A stretch of 63,250 bases of DNA from a virus (IMGVR_UViG_3300048905_000034:1-63250), one strand, 5' to 3'. Numbered from the stretch's first letter, positions 15,196-23,737 are shown. Numbers and translations: made by a program. The notes: generated from the letters alone by a model not told the origin.

Positions 15196-15611
15196 CCGAG
15201 TGGTGGGACAGTGCGGACGCCAGCAGGTACGGCCCGCGCTACTACGACCCCAAGGGCAGGCCCATGAGCATGCGCCGATGGGCGCAGTCGATGGGCAATG
15301 AACGGCACGTAGGCGAGAGCATCCTCCGCATACGTGGCCGGTGGTACCGGGTGTCCACCGTCTGGCTGGGGCTGGACCACAGCTTCTTCGGTGGCCCGCC
15401 GCTGATCTTCGAGACGATGATCTTCGGCGGCGACCGCGACACGGACCTCATGATGTGGCGCTACTCCACCGCAGACGAGGCCATGCGTGGGCACGTGCGT
15501 GCCGTGCGTTTTCTAAAAAGGAACGTGCGCGAGGCACGGCATCCACAACTTATCCACAACGGTCGGAAACCGACAGCAGTTGGTCGACCAACCGCCAACA
15601 GAAAGAAGTAA
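15192..15611 (+). CDS. hypothetical protein, 139 aa, with a LIHNGRKP tail followed by translated PAL20
   Basis: Internal ATG of the track ORF 14790; STVWLGLDHSFFGGPPLIFETMIFGG core. Confidence 0.6.
   Translation: MTEWWDSADASRYGPRYYDPKGRPMSMRRWAQSMGNERHVGESILRIRGRWYRVSTVWLGLDHSFFGGPPLIFETMIFGGDRDTDLMMWRYSTADEAMRGHVRAVRFLKRNVREARHPQLIHNGRKPTAVGRPTANRKK
15576..15595. repeat. PAL20 copy (1 mismatch)
   Basis: gcagttggtcgaccaaccgc; 19 nt before ATG 15615. Confidence 0.85.
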
Positions 15612-15614
15612 CCC

Positions 15615-16244
15615 ATGGCTACCAACCCAACCGCCGCCTCCAACACGTGGCTCAGTGACATCGTCACCGCAATGCGCCACCTCGGAGGGCAGGCAACCCT
15701 CAGCGAACTGTACGACGAGTTGATCCAGATGCGGCTGAACCTTCCCGACTCATGGAAGGAGGTCATCAGCCGGGTCATCCAGAACCATTCGTCGGACGCC
15801 AGCGATTTCAACCCGAGCTTCACCGACCTGTTCTACTCAGTGAGTGGCCTCGGCGCTGGGCGCTGGGGATTGCGGGGGGTCACCCCGGACAACCCTGCTA
15901 TCCCCTTCGTCGTCCACTATGCGCTGGACCTAGAGTCACCGCCCCTCATTGCATGCGAGGCACCGGACCCGATCAAGTGGTCGGCCAAGGCCAGCGAGGT
16001 CACATGCCGGGACTGCATGACACATGAGCAGTTCCCCCAGTCGGCACGGAAGGTGGAGGACATCACCGAACCGCCCACCATCACGGCAAACGACGTGCTC
16101 AGGGTGGCGGCGGACCTGATCGTCGATGCCAACTACGACTACACCAAGGCCATCGTCGCCATGACCAGCGAACTGCTTGGCGCTGGTCACGGCGACACCA
16201 TCCTCATGACCCGCATCCTGCGGTCACTGGCACAGGGAGATTGA
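15615..16244 (+). CDS. winged-helix (HARE-HTH / Mrr-N-like) domain protein, 209 aa
   Basis: N-terminus ...AMRHLGGQATLSELYDELIQ...W..VISRVIQNHSSD...GRWGLR; the start overlaps ggctaccaacc (15617-15627). Confidence 0.5.
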   Translation: MATNPTAASNTWLSDIVTAMRHLGGQATLSELYDELIQMRLNLPDSWKEVISRVIQNHSSDASDFNPSFTDLFYSVSGLGAGRWGLRGVTPDNPAIPFVVHYALDLESPPLIACEAPDPIKWSAKASEVTCRDCMTHEQFPQSARKVEDITEPPTITANDVLRVAADLIVDANYDYTKAIVAMTSELLGAGHGDTILMTRILRSLAQGD

Positions 16245-16246
16245 CC

Positions 16247-16753
16247 ATGATCTGCGGCAACGAAACCACCATGTTCGGCGGCGTAAGCACCTGCACCCGG
16301 GATGTCCGGCACCGGGGTGACCACCAGACCATGCCCATCGACGGGCGCATTACCCAGTGGAGTGTGAGTGGCGGCAGTCAGTGGTGGGTCACGGACCCAC
16401 GGCACCTTGGCTGGCAGGTCATCACGTGTCCCGAGTGTGGCGTGCGTCACATACCGGAGTCCAACAGGGTCACGAAAGGTGGGACCTCCTGCTTCCACTG
16501 TTGCTTCTGGGCGCACCGGTTGGCGCAGTACCTGAACGGCGAAGTCATGGTCATCGAAGGGACGTGCTACTCATGGGGCGCTGGGCATGGATTCGGTGGA
16601 CGGGAGTTCACCATCACCATGGAGGACGGAACCACCACTACCCGGCACGGCCTTTGGTGTGGCGGGGTCATCCCATGGGAATACCGGGAGGCGATGCCCG
16701 ACAACGCTACGTTCGGGAGTTGGTCGACCAACTGCGAGGAGGTCATGCCATGA
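16247..16753 (+). CDS. Cys-rich (zinc-ribbon) protein, 168 aa
   Basis: CPECG...CFHCC; its 3' end reads PAL20 as SWSTNC. Confidence 0.55.
   Translation: MICGNETTMFGGVSTCTRDVRHRGDHQTMPIDGRITQWSVSGGSQWWVTDPRHLGWQVITCPECGVRHIPESNRVTKGGTSCFHCCFWAHRLAQYLNGEVMVIEGTCYSWGAGHGFGGREFTITMEDGTTTTRHGLWCGGVIPWEYREAMPDNATFGSWSTNCEEVMP
16716..16735. repeat. PAL20 copy (1 mismatch)
   Basis: ggagttggtcgaccaactgc; 14 nt before ATG 16750. Confidence 0.85.
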
Positions 16754-17133
16754 GCCTCGACCCGGAGCCCATCGACTGGGCCGAGCGTCATGAGGAAAGA
16801 ATGCGGAGGATGCGTGCGGCGCTGGATGCGTTGACCGAAATGGTCGAAGCCACGTCGTGGAACGGGAACCAGTTGGTCGTTCAGCGTGGCGGCATCCGGT
16901 ACGGCGAGCACCAGTTCCAGTTCCCCCAGCGGGACACCCGGCAGGGTGAGGAGGTCTACGTCTACGACATCCTGCCGGGTGCCCGGGTCTATGTGCTGGA
17001 GGACGTGTTCACGGTGGACCGGGTGGATATGGACGGCCCCCTGCCCACGGTCTGGCTGAAGGAACTGCCGACCTCCCCGCTGTACTTCACCGAAGACGAA
17101 TCCATATATCTCGCCAACGAAACCGAGGACTAG
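16750..17133 (+). CDS. hypothetical protein, 127 aa
   Basis: ATGA overlap with the upstream stop. Confidence 0.6.
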   Translation: MSLDPEPIDWAERHEERMRRMRAALDALTEMVEATSWNGNQLVVQRGGIRYGEHQFQFPQRDTRQGEEVYVYDILPGARVYVLEDVFTVDRVDMDGPLPTVWLKELPTSPLYFTEDESIYLANETED

Positions 17134-17135
17134 CC

Positions 17136-18155
17136 ATGGAAATGCGAACACCCACCGACGTGCTCGCTCTCATCCCGACAGCGATGGAGCGCAAGCCCGA
17201 GGAACTTCTGGTCCTCATCTGCATCAAGGACAACGGCCTGCAAGCGATCCTCGGCATGCAACATTGCACTGACATAGGCGAAGCGGGTACCTACGCGGAA
17301 GCCGTCATCGAACAGATGGTGCAAATGAAACCGGACGCGCTGGTCATGGTGTTCTACACCGAGGAGGAATCCGACTGTAGCCATGAGCCATACGAGCACG
17401 TGGCCATCGTCCTGAAGGTGGCGGTCGAAACGCTCACCCCCATGGAGTGCCACCCCCCCATCCTCGTGAAGGGCGGGCGCTTTCACACCTACGGCACGGA
17501 CGAATGGCATGACCTTGACGAGGTGAAGCAGTCAGCAATGGCTGCGGACTTGGTGCTGCATGGGTTCCAGTTGGAACCAACCGGCCCGGTAATCCCCGAC
17601 CCGACGGCGGTGACCGATGACCTCACCGCACGTATCGACGATGCAGTGTCGTCCATCCCCGAGTTCCCGAAGTACATGACGGATACGTGGGCGACCCCGT
17701 ATGTGGTGGAGCTTCGGCAGTTGTACGACCACCTGCTGAACCGTGGGTTCGGTGCCACTGAAGATGAGGCGGTGCAAGTCATTGCCGCATTCCAATCCCC
17801 GACCCTTCGGGACCGGCTCATGGTGGACACGATCAGCCACACCGACAACGTCATGCAGTTCGGCGAAACGATCACCGGGCTGAGTGATGCGCCGCTGGAC
17901 CATAGCCGTCTGGTCACGGGGCTGGCCCTCATGGACAACCTCATGCAGTACACCGCTGACCGGCACCGGCTCCCCGTCCTCGTCACCTGCGCATGGTTCC
18001 ACTGGATGCTTGGCCGGACGCTGGATGCGGTCACGTACTGCGAGGAGGCGCTGAAGGTGGACCCGGAGTACGGGCTTGCCAAGGCGTTCGAGCGGTACAT
18101 CACTGACCTGATGCGGATACCCGTCCACGTTCTGCACTCGGACGGTCAGGAATGA
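17136..18155 (+). CDS. DUF4192-like protein, 339 aa
   Basis: N-terminus RTPTDVLALIPTAMERKPEELLVLICI and the length resemble the actinobacterial DUF4192 family (from memory, not searched). Confidence 0.5.
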   Translation: MEMRTPTDVLALIPTAMERKPEELLVLICIKDNGLQAILGMQHCTDIGEAGTYAEAVIEQMVQMKPDALVMVFYTEEESDCSHEPYEHVAIVLKVAVETLTPMECHPPILVKGGRFHTYGTDEWHDLDEVKQSAMAADLVLHGFQLEPTGPVIPDPTAVTDDLTARIDDAVSSIPEFPKYMTDTWATPYVVELRQLYDHLLNRGFGATEDEAVQVIAAFQSPTLRDRLMVDTISHTDNVMQFGETITGLSDAPLDHSRLVTGLALMDNLMQYTADRHRLPVLVTCAWFHWMLGRTLDAVTYCEEALKVDPEYGLAKAFERYITDLMRIPVHVLHSDGQE

Positions 18156-18355
18156 GGAAGCCGTGGAAGGCGCGGTGGGGGGAGGCGTCAGGGAAGGGTC
18201 ACTACACCAGCGTCATGCCGTTCCTCTACGGGGCGCGGTACGTGGTGTGCAAGGAACCGGGGTGCGGTCACGTCATCCGCAACACCCTCGTCTGGCCACC
18301 AATGGAGCCGCTGATCCACAAGGGAGGTAAGCCATGGCGAAGAGGAAGACGGTGA
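18152..18355 (+). CDS. small Cys protein carrying a LIHKGGKP motif, 67 aa
   Basis: Track ORF; cassette at 18311-18336. Confidence 0.5.
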   Translation: MRKPWKARWGEASGKGHYTSVMPFLYGARYVVCKEPGCGHVIRNTLVWPPMEPLIHKGGKPWRRGRR

Positions 18356-18486
18356 ACATCCACCTGAAGAACTATGGCCTGATCCTGCACATGCCACTGC
18401 GGGACTACCGCAGGCTCATGGCGCGGTACCAGCGTGAGGTACTGCGCCGAAAACCACTACTACACAACGGAGGTAAGCCACGGTGA
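18334..18486 (+). CDS. hypothetical basic protein, 50 aa, ending LLHNGGKPR
   Basis: ATG 18334 sits in the cassette RBS context; carries its own cassette at 18460-18485. Confidence 0.45.
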   Translation: MAKRKTVNIHLKNYGLILHMPLRDYRRLMARYQREVLRRKPLLHNGGKPR

Positions 18487-18704
18487 CAGAAGTTGGTCGA
18501 CCAACTGCAAAGCCCAAACCGCCGAGGGTGGCGCTATGGGTCACGGAAAAAGAACTGCGCATCATCGCCGAGAAGTTCGAGGGGTTCCGTGGATCGCTGG
18601 CTGATGCGATCAGCGAAGCCCACATCGAGGCGAGGAAGGCTCGGACCCAGCACAACAGGGCGCTGCGGCAGTACCGGCACGCAAGAAGGGATATGGCGTC
18701 ATGA
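18483..18704 (+). CDS. hypothetical protein, 73 aa (alternative GTG 18528)
   Basis: GTG overlaps the stop (GTGA); its 5' end reads PAL20 as EVGRPTA. Confidence 0.5.
   Translation: MTEVGRPTAKPKPPRVALWVTEKELRIIAEKFEGFRGSLADAISEAHIEARKARTQHNRALRQYRHARRDMAS
18489..18508. repeat. PAL20 copy (1 mismatch)
   Basis: gaagttggtcgaccaactgc. Confidence 0.85.
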
Positions 18705-18907
18705 CATTTGAGCACGACATCGTGGGCAGGATGACGGCGTTCGAGAACGGGGAACTGGACGACGATCAGGCATTGGAACTGTTCGGCGAACTCATCAAGA
18801 GCGGCATGGCATGGCAGTTGCAGGGTGCCTATGGGAGGACAGCCGGGGACCTCATTGCACGCGGCATCATCACACCCGAGGGTGAAGTGGTGGTGCGCGA
18901 TGAGTAA
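18701..18907 (+). CDS. hypothetical protein, 68 aa
   Basis: Track ORF; ATGA overlap. Confidence 0.6.
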   Translation: MTFEHDIVGRMTAFENGELDDDQALELFGELIKSGMAWQLQGAYGRTAGDLIARGIITPEGEVVVRDE

Positions 18908-19076
18908 GCACCGGCTGTCTGTCCTATGGGCAGACGATTCGCTGACGATCTTGGACTTACCATCCAAGGCTGCGGCCATCGACTGGCTGGCCACGCATGA
19001 CACCGACCGGCCCATACTCACAGCCAGCATCATCCCCGTCGAGGATGACGATGTCATCGAACAGGAGGAACCATGA
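18900..19076 (+). CDS. hypothetical protein, 58 aa
   Basis: Internal ATG of the track ORF 18825. Confidence 0.5.
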   Translation: MSKHRLSVLWADDSLTILDLPSKAAAIDWLATHDTDRPILTASIIPVEDDDVIEQEEP

Positions 19077-19546
19077 ATGCCGCCAAGCCCCGGCCACGGC
19101 CCTGCGCGTCCTGCCCCTACAGGCAGGGCGTGCCTTCCGGCGTCTGGGATGCCAGCGAGTACGTGAAGTTGCCGGAGTACGACGGCGAGACGTTCGACCA
19201 GCCGGTGGGGGCGTTCATGTGCCACCACAAGGACGGCGCAGTGTGTGCTGGCTGGCTCGGGTACGGTGATCCGACCCGTCTGCTGGCCGCACGCATTGGG
19301 GTCATGACCGGGCAACTGGACCCGTCCGTCATGGACTACAAGACCGACGTGCCACTGTTCTCATCCGGCGCTGAAGCTGCGGCCCATGGCATGCGGGACA
19401 TCCGACATCCCAGCGAGGATGCGGAGGAAGCCATGCGCAAGATCGTCGTCACGAGGAGTGTTGTCGGCGATGGGTTCCCGGTCTACTGCAACACCTGCGG
19501 TGGCAAGGACGGGCGTCATTCGTACCACTGTCACAACGACCGATAG
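19073..19546 (+). CDS. Cys-rich hypothetical protein, 157 aa
   Basis: CASCPYR...FMCHH...VCAGW plus a C-terminal CNTCGG...HCH. Confidence 0.6.
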   Translation: MNAAKPRPRPCASCPYRQGVPSGVWDASEYVKLPEYDGETFDQPVGAFMCHHKDGAVCAGWLGYGDPTRLLAARIGVMTGQLDPSVMDYKTDVPLFSSGAEAAAHGMRDIRHPSEDAEEAMRKIVVTRSVVGDGFPVYCNTCGGKDGRHSYHCHNDR

Positions 19547-19557
19547 GGGGTGAGGAA

Positions 19558-19794
19558 ATGTTGCGGGTCATCGTGCCGGTGCTGGTGATCCTCCTGCCCC
19601 CGCTGTTGGGGGGCATATGGCTCGTCCATGAAGTGAGGCTCTACCGCAGGGAGGAGGCATGGCGGCGGCGCAGACAACAGGTTGATGCGCTCCGCGTTGC
19701 GCTCTACAGGAGGGCTGCGGAACGGGATCGAGAGGCTGCCGAACGGGAAGCCTTCGACCGCAAATTGAAGGAGGAAGAAGATGGTGATGCGTAG
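19558..19794 (+). CDS. membrane protein with a charged coiled tail, 78 aa
   Basis: N-terminal TM helix VIVPVLVILLPPLLGGIWLV. Confidence 0.65.
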   Translation: MLRVIVPVLVILLPPLLGGIWLVHEVRLYRREEAWRRRRQQVDALRVALYRRAAERDREAAEREAFDRKLKEEEDGDA

Positions 19795-20218
19795 TGCAGT
19801 TGGGCGACCAACTGCTGTGGGCTTCGTTGTCGCGCTGATACTGAGTGCTTCGTTGGTGATGGGGTCAGGCACGGTAGCGTCCGCCCGTCCCCCCACCCCC
19901 GAGCAAGCCATCGAGGCGCTGGCCCCCGGTCAGCACGTGGTCCTCGGGAATGTGGTGGTGGCGCGTACGGTGCATGGCTTGGTGGTCGACGTGTTGGACC
20001 AGAGTCCGACCACTGCCTCGTTCTGCGGGGTGGCGCTGGCCTCGGCCATCTTCGGGATCGGGGCCGGGATTCTGGGTGTGATCGCTGCATCCACCGGCGG
20101 CTCGGGCACCGTCATGATCGCCGGGTATTTGCTGACCGGCGCGCAGGTCGGCGTCCTAGCTGGACTATCCGGTAGCTACGCCGCATTGCTGGCGTGGATC
20201 AGCCGCTTCATCTGTTGA
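19781..20218 (+). CDS. secreted/membrane protein, 145 aa
   Basis: RBS AAGGAGGAAG; signal-like N-terminus whose n-region is PAL20 read as AVGRPTA; C-terminal TM helices. Confidence 0.6.
   Translation: MVMRSAVGRPTAVGFVVALILSASLVMGSGTVASARPPTPEQAIEALAPGQHVVLGNVVVARTVHGLVVDVLDQSPTTASFCGVALASAIFGIGAGILGVIAASTGGSGTVMIAGYLLTGAQVGVLAGLSGSYAALLAWISRFIC
19796..19815. repeat. PAL20 copy, G-variant
   Basis: Starts 2 nt after stop 19794. Confidence 0.9.
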
Positions 20219-20231
20219 GAGAAGGAATGAA

Positions 20232-20360
20232 ATGGACCCCGTCACAGCATGGGCAATCATCATCATCGTCGGCCTGTTTCTGGTCGCGCTGACTATAGCT
20301 CTGGTCCGCAGGTGGGACCGGGAAAACCGGGCAAAGTACCCGGATCGAGAGAGGAAGTAG
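20232..20360 (+). CDS. small membrane protein, 42 aa
   Basis: MDPVTAWAIIIIVGLFLVALTIALVRRW...; RBS GAGAAGGAA. Confidence 0.5.
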   Translation: MDPVTAWAIIIIVGLFLVALTIALVRRWDRENRAKYPDRERK

Positions 20361-20366
20361 GGATAG

Positions 20367-20489
20367 ATGGGACGCCACTACGACTATCGGAAGCTGGGGA
20401 CCGGTCATCGGCACAAGCAAAGCGTCTGGGAGCAGGTGCGGGGGCTGGCCCGCGCCTACTACAGGCGCTGGAAAAGGGGGCAGAAGTGA
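20367..20489 (+). CDS. small basic protein, 40 aa
   Basis: ATG after GGAAGTAGGGA. Confidence 0.4.
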   Translation: MGRHYDYRKLGTGHRHKQSVWEQVRGLARAYYRRWKRGQK

Positions 20490-20495
20490 CATGAC

Positions 20496-20524
20496 TTGCC
20501 AAACCTCCCATCTTTATATAGACT
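20496..20524 (+). promoter_or_regulatory. SigA-type promoter
   Basis: TTGCCA - 17 nt - TAGACT; PAL20 35 nt downstream. Confidence 0.55.
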
Positions 20525-20559
20525 TGGGAAGTTGTCTCCAAACGTCTCCAAAGATAACC

Positions 20560-20579
20560 GCAGTTGGGCGACCAACTGC
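20560..20579. repeat. PAL20 copy, G-variant
   Basis: 31 nt before ATG 20611. Confidence 0.9.
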
Positions 20580-20610
20580 AATCACCAACCCATAAGGAAA
20601 CCCACATCTA

Positions 20611-20943
20611 ATGAATGCAGCTAAACGAGCAAAGTCCGGCAACGCGAGGGCTGGGGCACGTACCTCCCAGCAGACTCATATCGTGCAGGAAAGCCGCTAC
20701 GTTGATCCGCTTTCGGGTCGACCACGCAAGCTCGCTTCAGGCGCAATGACCGCAATCCAGCGCGAGTTCCAGAGCGGCATCCCCACTAGGGAACTGGCCG
20801 AACGCTACGGCGTATCGACCTCGCTGATATTGCAGGTCTGCTACTTCACGCCGAAGGGCGTTGCCCCTAAGCGTCCGCGCCCACTGGATCAGCGTCCGGT
20901 GGTCATGCCAGTAAGGAACGATGAAGGAGGGAACGCATCATGA
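20611..20943 (+). CDS. HTH DNA-binding protein, 110 aa
   Basis: GIPTRELAERYGVSTSLILQV helix-turn-helix; first gene after a promoter. Confidence 0.6.
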   Translation: MNAAKRAKSGNARAGARTSQQTHIVQESRYVDPLSGRPRKLASGAMTAIQREFQSGIPTRELAERYGVSTSLILQVCYFTPKGVAPKRPRPLDQRPVVMPVRNDEGGNAS

Positions 20944-21752
20944 AACAGCACATCAAACTGCAGGACGTAGTCGAGGCCAACAATCTGCTCATGTCTATGG
21001 GCGCGCAGGACCAACTGTCGGTCATTGCCTCAGCGGCCATCGAGAGAAGCCTTGAACTCCAGCACCGTATCGACCGCGCTGTCCGGTACGCGGAGGAGAG
21101 CCACACCAGTTCACTGCACGCCCGTCAGATTCTCCGCATACTCGATGGGTCCATCACCATCGACGATGAGAACAACGAGGTCATCCCCGAGCCGGTCATC
21201 AATCAGGGCACGCTTGACGCCGCTGTTTTCGACGCCGCCTACCCCCGGCTTGTCCAGCGACCACCACTGGAAGCACCACCAGCCAAGAGGTCACACCATG
21301 CCAAGAAAGAGGGCGGGCTGGGTGACCGGAACACCGCAGAGCGCAAAGCGTTCCGCGACTGGGTGGCTCAGCAGGGCATCGAACTTCCGCTGAATCAGAC
21401 GGTGCCTCAGCAACTGATAAACGAGTTCGATGAAGCGACGGACGGCCTCTATAGGCCCAAGCCGCGCAAGCCGTACACCTACAGCGGCAAGGGTCCACGC
21501 GGGAAGCTGAAGCCGGGTCACGGGCTGTCGGGGCGTACCGCTGAGGAGCGGTTGCACATTCGGAACTGGCTCACCGAGCAGGGCTACGACGTGAACCCAA
21601 CGGGACGCATCCCGCAGAGGTACCTCACCCACTACGACCAAGCCATGGAAGCGCTGAAGCAGTTGCAGGCGGAGAACCGGCGGAAGCAACAGGAGGCACG
21701 GTCAGGGCAGGAGCAGGAGCCGGAGCAGGACGACCATGCCCAAGGTGCGTAG
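20940..21752 (+). CDS. protein with two Lsr2-like C-terminal DNA-binding domains, 270 aa
   Basis: Two copies of R..AER..(I/F)R.W...QG.......G.(I/V)P..... : RNTAERKAFRDWVAQQGIEL... and RTAEERLHIRNWLTEQGYDVNPTGRIPQRYL. Confidence 0.6.
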   Translation: MKQHIKLQDVVEANNLLMSMGAQDQLSVIASAAIERSLELQHRIDRAVRYAEESHTSSLHARQILRILDGSITIDDENNEVIPEPVINQGTLDAAVFDAAYPRLVQRPPLEAPPAKRSHHAKKEGGLGDRNTAERKAFRDWVAQQGIELPLNQTVPQQLINEFDEATDGLYRPKPRKPYTYSGKGPRGKLKPGHGLSGRTAEERLHIRNWLTEQGYDVNPTGRIPQRYLTHYDQAMEALKQLQAENRRKQQEARSGQEQEPEQDDHAQGA

Positions 21753-21891
21753 ACGCGACGGGTGGTGGCGCAGTCTTGAACCATTCGACAGGCTGGTCAT
21801 GGTCTGCGCCATCCTCGCTGTCCCAGCCGTCATCGCGTACTGCTTGCTCGGCGCGGTCATCTGCGTCCTGTTCTTTGTCAGCAGGCTGTGA
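21736..21891 (+). CDS. small membrane protein, 51 aa
   Basis: MPKVRRRDGWW... followed by a TM helix. Confidence 0.5.
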   Translation: MPKVRRRDGWWRSLEPFDRLVMVCAILAVPAVIAYCLLGAVICVLFFVSRL

Positions 21892-22157
21892 TGGACGACG
21901 ACGGGAAGCGGGTAGTGCTCAGGATGAGAGCAGCTTTGCGGCTGCTCTCCCCTGACGACATCACGCCGATGGGCAGACGGATTCTGGAAAACATTCTGGA
22001 CGACGAAGAGGACTGGCCGACATCCGGCACGGAGGTGTGCAAGCACTGCTCCGAGTTGATCTACCAGACCGGGATGGGGCGCTGGCGTCACGCCAATGGC
22101 ATGTATACCTGCACCATCCAGATGCCACGGCCACTGCCCAAGGCCGAACCCAACTAA
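21891..22157 (+). CDS. hypothetical protein, 88 aa
   Basis: ATG overlaps the stop; CKHC...C motif. Confidence 0.55.
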   Translation: MDDDGKRVVLRMRAALRLLSPDDITPMGRRILENILDDEEDWPTSGTEVCKHCSELIYQTGMGRWRHANGMYTCTIQMPRPLPKAEPN

Positions 22158-22165
22158 GGAACACC

Positions 22166-22381
22166 ATGAAATTCAAGAAGGACACTAGGCAGGACCGCGC
22201 CGTGGTCACCATCACCCGGGAGGAGTACGTCTTCGAGGACGGTGAAATCTGGTGGCGGTACGGCAGTGAGTTCAAGGACCCGTACATCAGAGAGGTGAAG
22301 CGGGACAGCTGGGTGGTCAACAGCAAGACAGGTCAGTCTCGCCAGAGCGAACTAGACCGCAAGATCATGGGTGAGCGGTGA
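22166..22381 (+). CDS. hypothetical protein, 71 aa
   Basis: RBS TAAGGAAC. Confidence 0.55.
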   Translation: MKFKKDTRQDRAVVTITREEYVFEDGEIWWRYGSEFKDPYIREVKRDSWVVNSKTGQSRQSELDRKIMGER

Positions 22382-22530
22382 TGCGTGAGGTACTGGAACG
22401 GATTTTCATTGGCCTGAGTGAGGTCTTGGAGAGGGTCTACTACACCGGCTGGGGCTGTAAGCACGGCAAGCACCGCATGAAGTTCAGCGGGTGCATGTAC
22501 TGCGGGCAGACCACTGACCACCGGCTGTGA
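22381..22530 (+). CDS. small Cys protein, 49 aa
   Basis: TGATG overlap; GCKHGKH...CMYCG. Confidence 0.45.
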   Translation: MREVLERIFIGLSEVLERVYYTGWGCKHGKHRMKFSGCMYCGQTTDHRL

Positions 22531-22563
22531 CCGGATGACATGCCCGGTCACGCCTACCCAAAC

Positions 22564-22592
22564 TTGACAAACTACCTAATTCTTGATATAAT
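22564..22592 (+). promoter_or_regulatory. consensus SigA/sigma70 promoter
   Basis: TTGACA - 17 nt - TATAAT; ATGCCCT box at 22613, PAL20 at 22632. Confidence 0.8.
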
Positions 22593-22631
22593 GGTAGTAA
22601 GAGGGGAAAACTATGCCCTCAGTCTGGCCTA

Positions 22632-22651
22632 ACAGTTGGTCGACCAACTGC
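22632..22651. repeat. PAL20 copy (1 mismatch)
   Basis: acagttggtcgaccaactgc. Confidence 0.85.
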
Positions 22652-22660
22652 GGCACAAGA

Positions 22661-22954
22661 ATGGAGCACGGCATGACTCAGCACGTCGCCTACCGATGGA
22701 ACGGCAACGTCTACTGCGAAGACGACATCGTGGCAGAACTCACCCACCACTTCCCATGGCTTGCATGGGTGGAGGTCGGCAACCAGCCCGCGATGGATGA
22801 CGCCGAAGCGGAACTCAATGACATCGCTCATCTGTTCCACATCGACCGCACGGCACCACGTCAGGTGGCAGCCGTCGGCTTCCCCGAGTACGTGGGCGAA
22901 CACCCGGGCTTCTGCTCGTGGTGCAAGCGCTGGTTCAACAGCGACGACCACTAG
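22661..22954 (+). CDS. hypothetical protein, 97 aa (alternative start 22673)
   Basis: ATG 22673 has GGAG 7 nt upstream; C-terminal CSWC. Confidence 0.6.
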   Translation: MEHGMTQHVAYRWNGNVYCEDDIVAELTHHFPWLAWVEVGNQPAMDDAEAELNDIAHLFHIDRTAPRQVAAVGFPEYVGEHPGFCSWCKRWFNSDDH

Positions 22955-22976
22955 CTACCAACCGAAGGAAACAATC

Positions 22977-23174
22977 GTGACCGAAGATATACCCAACAAA
23001 CCCACCAACCCTGCCGTCACGCAGGCATACAAGGATGGTGGGTACACCGACAAGAATGGCCAAGTGTGGAGCCGTGGGATGGACGGGTGGTTCTGCGAAA
23101 TATCGAAGGACACCTCGATGCTCATTAGGCACCATGACTTCGTATCCATCATCGAGAAGGAGAACCCGGAATGA
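22977..23174 (+). CDS. hypothetical protein, 65 aa
   Basis: GTG after agctaccaaccGAAGGAAAC. Confidence 0.55.
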   Translation: MTEDIPNKPTNPAVTQAYKDGGYTDKNGQVWSRGMDGWFCEISKDTSMLIRHHDFVSIIEKENPE

Positions 23175-23503
23175 GCGACGGACCGGACGAGAAGGGCAAC
23201 TGGGCCATGCTGGCACCGCAGGTTCCCGACCGTGCCCCGAGTGTGGAGTCAGTAGAGGATGGGACCGAGGGCGGGTACACCGCCTCTCCTGCGGGCGATC
23301 ATCCGGTGTTCTCCCAGTGGACGCACTACAACCCGACGCTCGTGGAGGCGCTGGCCGCGCACGGTGCGGTACCTGAGCAGGAGGTGGTCGACCATCTGAG
23401 CGCACTGTTCAGTGAGGCGACGACCGACTCTCGTGTACCCCCGCTTGAGCGGCAGGCTGAGGCCGTGCGTCGGTACGTCGAAGAGTACGTGGCGGTGGGC
23501 TAA
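23171..23503 (+). CDS. hypothetical acidic protein, 110 aa
   Basis: Track ORF; ATGA overlap. Confidence 0.6.
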   Translation: MSDGPDEKGNWAMLAPQVPDRAPSVESVEDGTEGGYTASPAGDHPVFSQWTHYNPTLVEALAAHGAVPEQEVVDHLSALFSEATTDSRVPPLERQAEAVRRYVEEYVAVG

Positions 23504-23737
23504 ATGCCCTCGCTGCCACCGCTGCGCTGGAGGTTCGGGGCCAAGCGCTTCGGCACCTCCAGCGTGGCGCTCTCGGTGGACGGTCACGACATCGTCCACA
23601 TTTCAGAGATTGACGGTAACGGCAACGCCTTCGTCATCGTCTACAAGTCATCGCACCCTGATTCTCCGGTGCTGTTCAGCGGACGCATCAACATCAACGC
23701 CCACAAGGAGGGCCATGACGCGCTACAAAATCACTGA
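23504..23737 (+). CDS. hypothetical protein, 77 aa
   Basis: Track ORF, abuts the previous stop. Confidence 0.55.
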   Translation: MPSLPPLRWRFGAKRFGTSSVALSVDGHDIVHISEIDGNGNAFVIVYKSSHPDSPVLFSGRININAHKEGHDALQNH

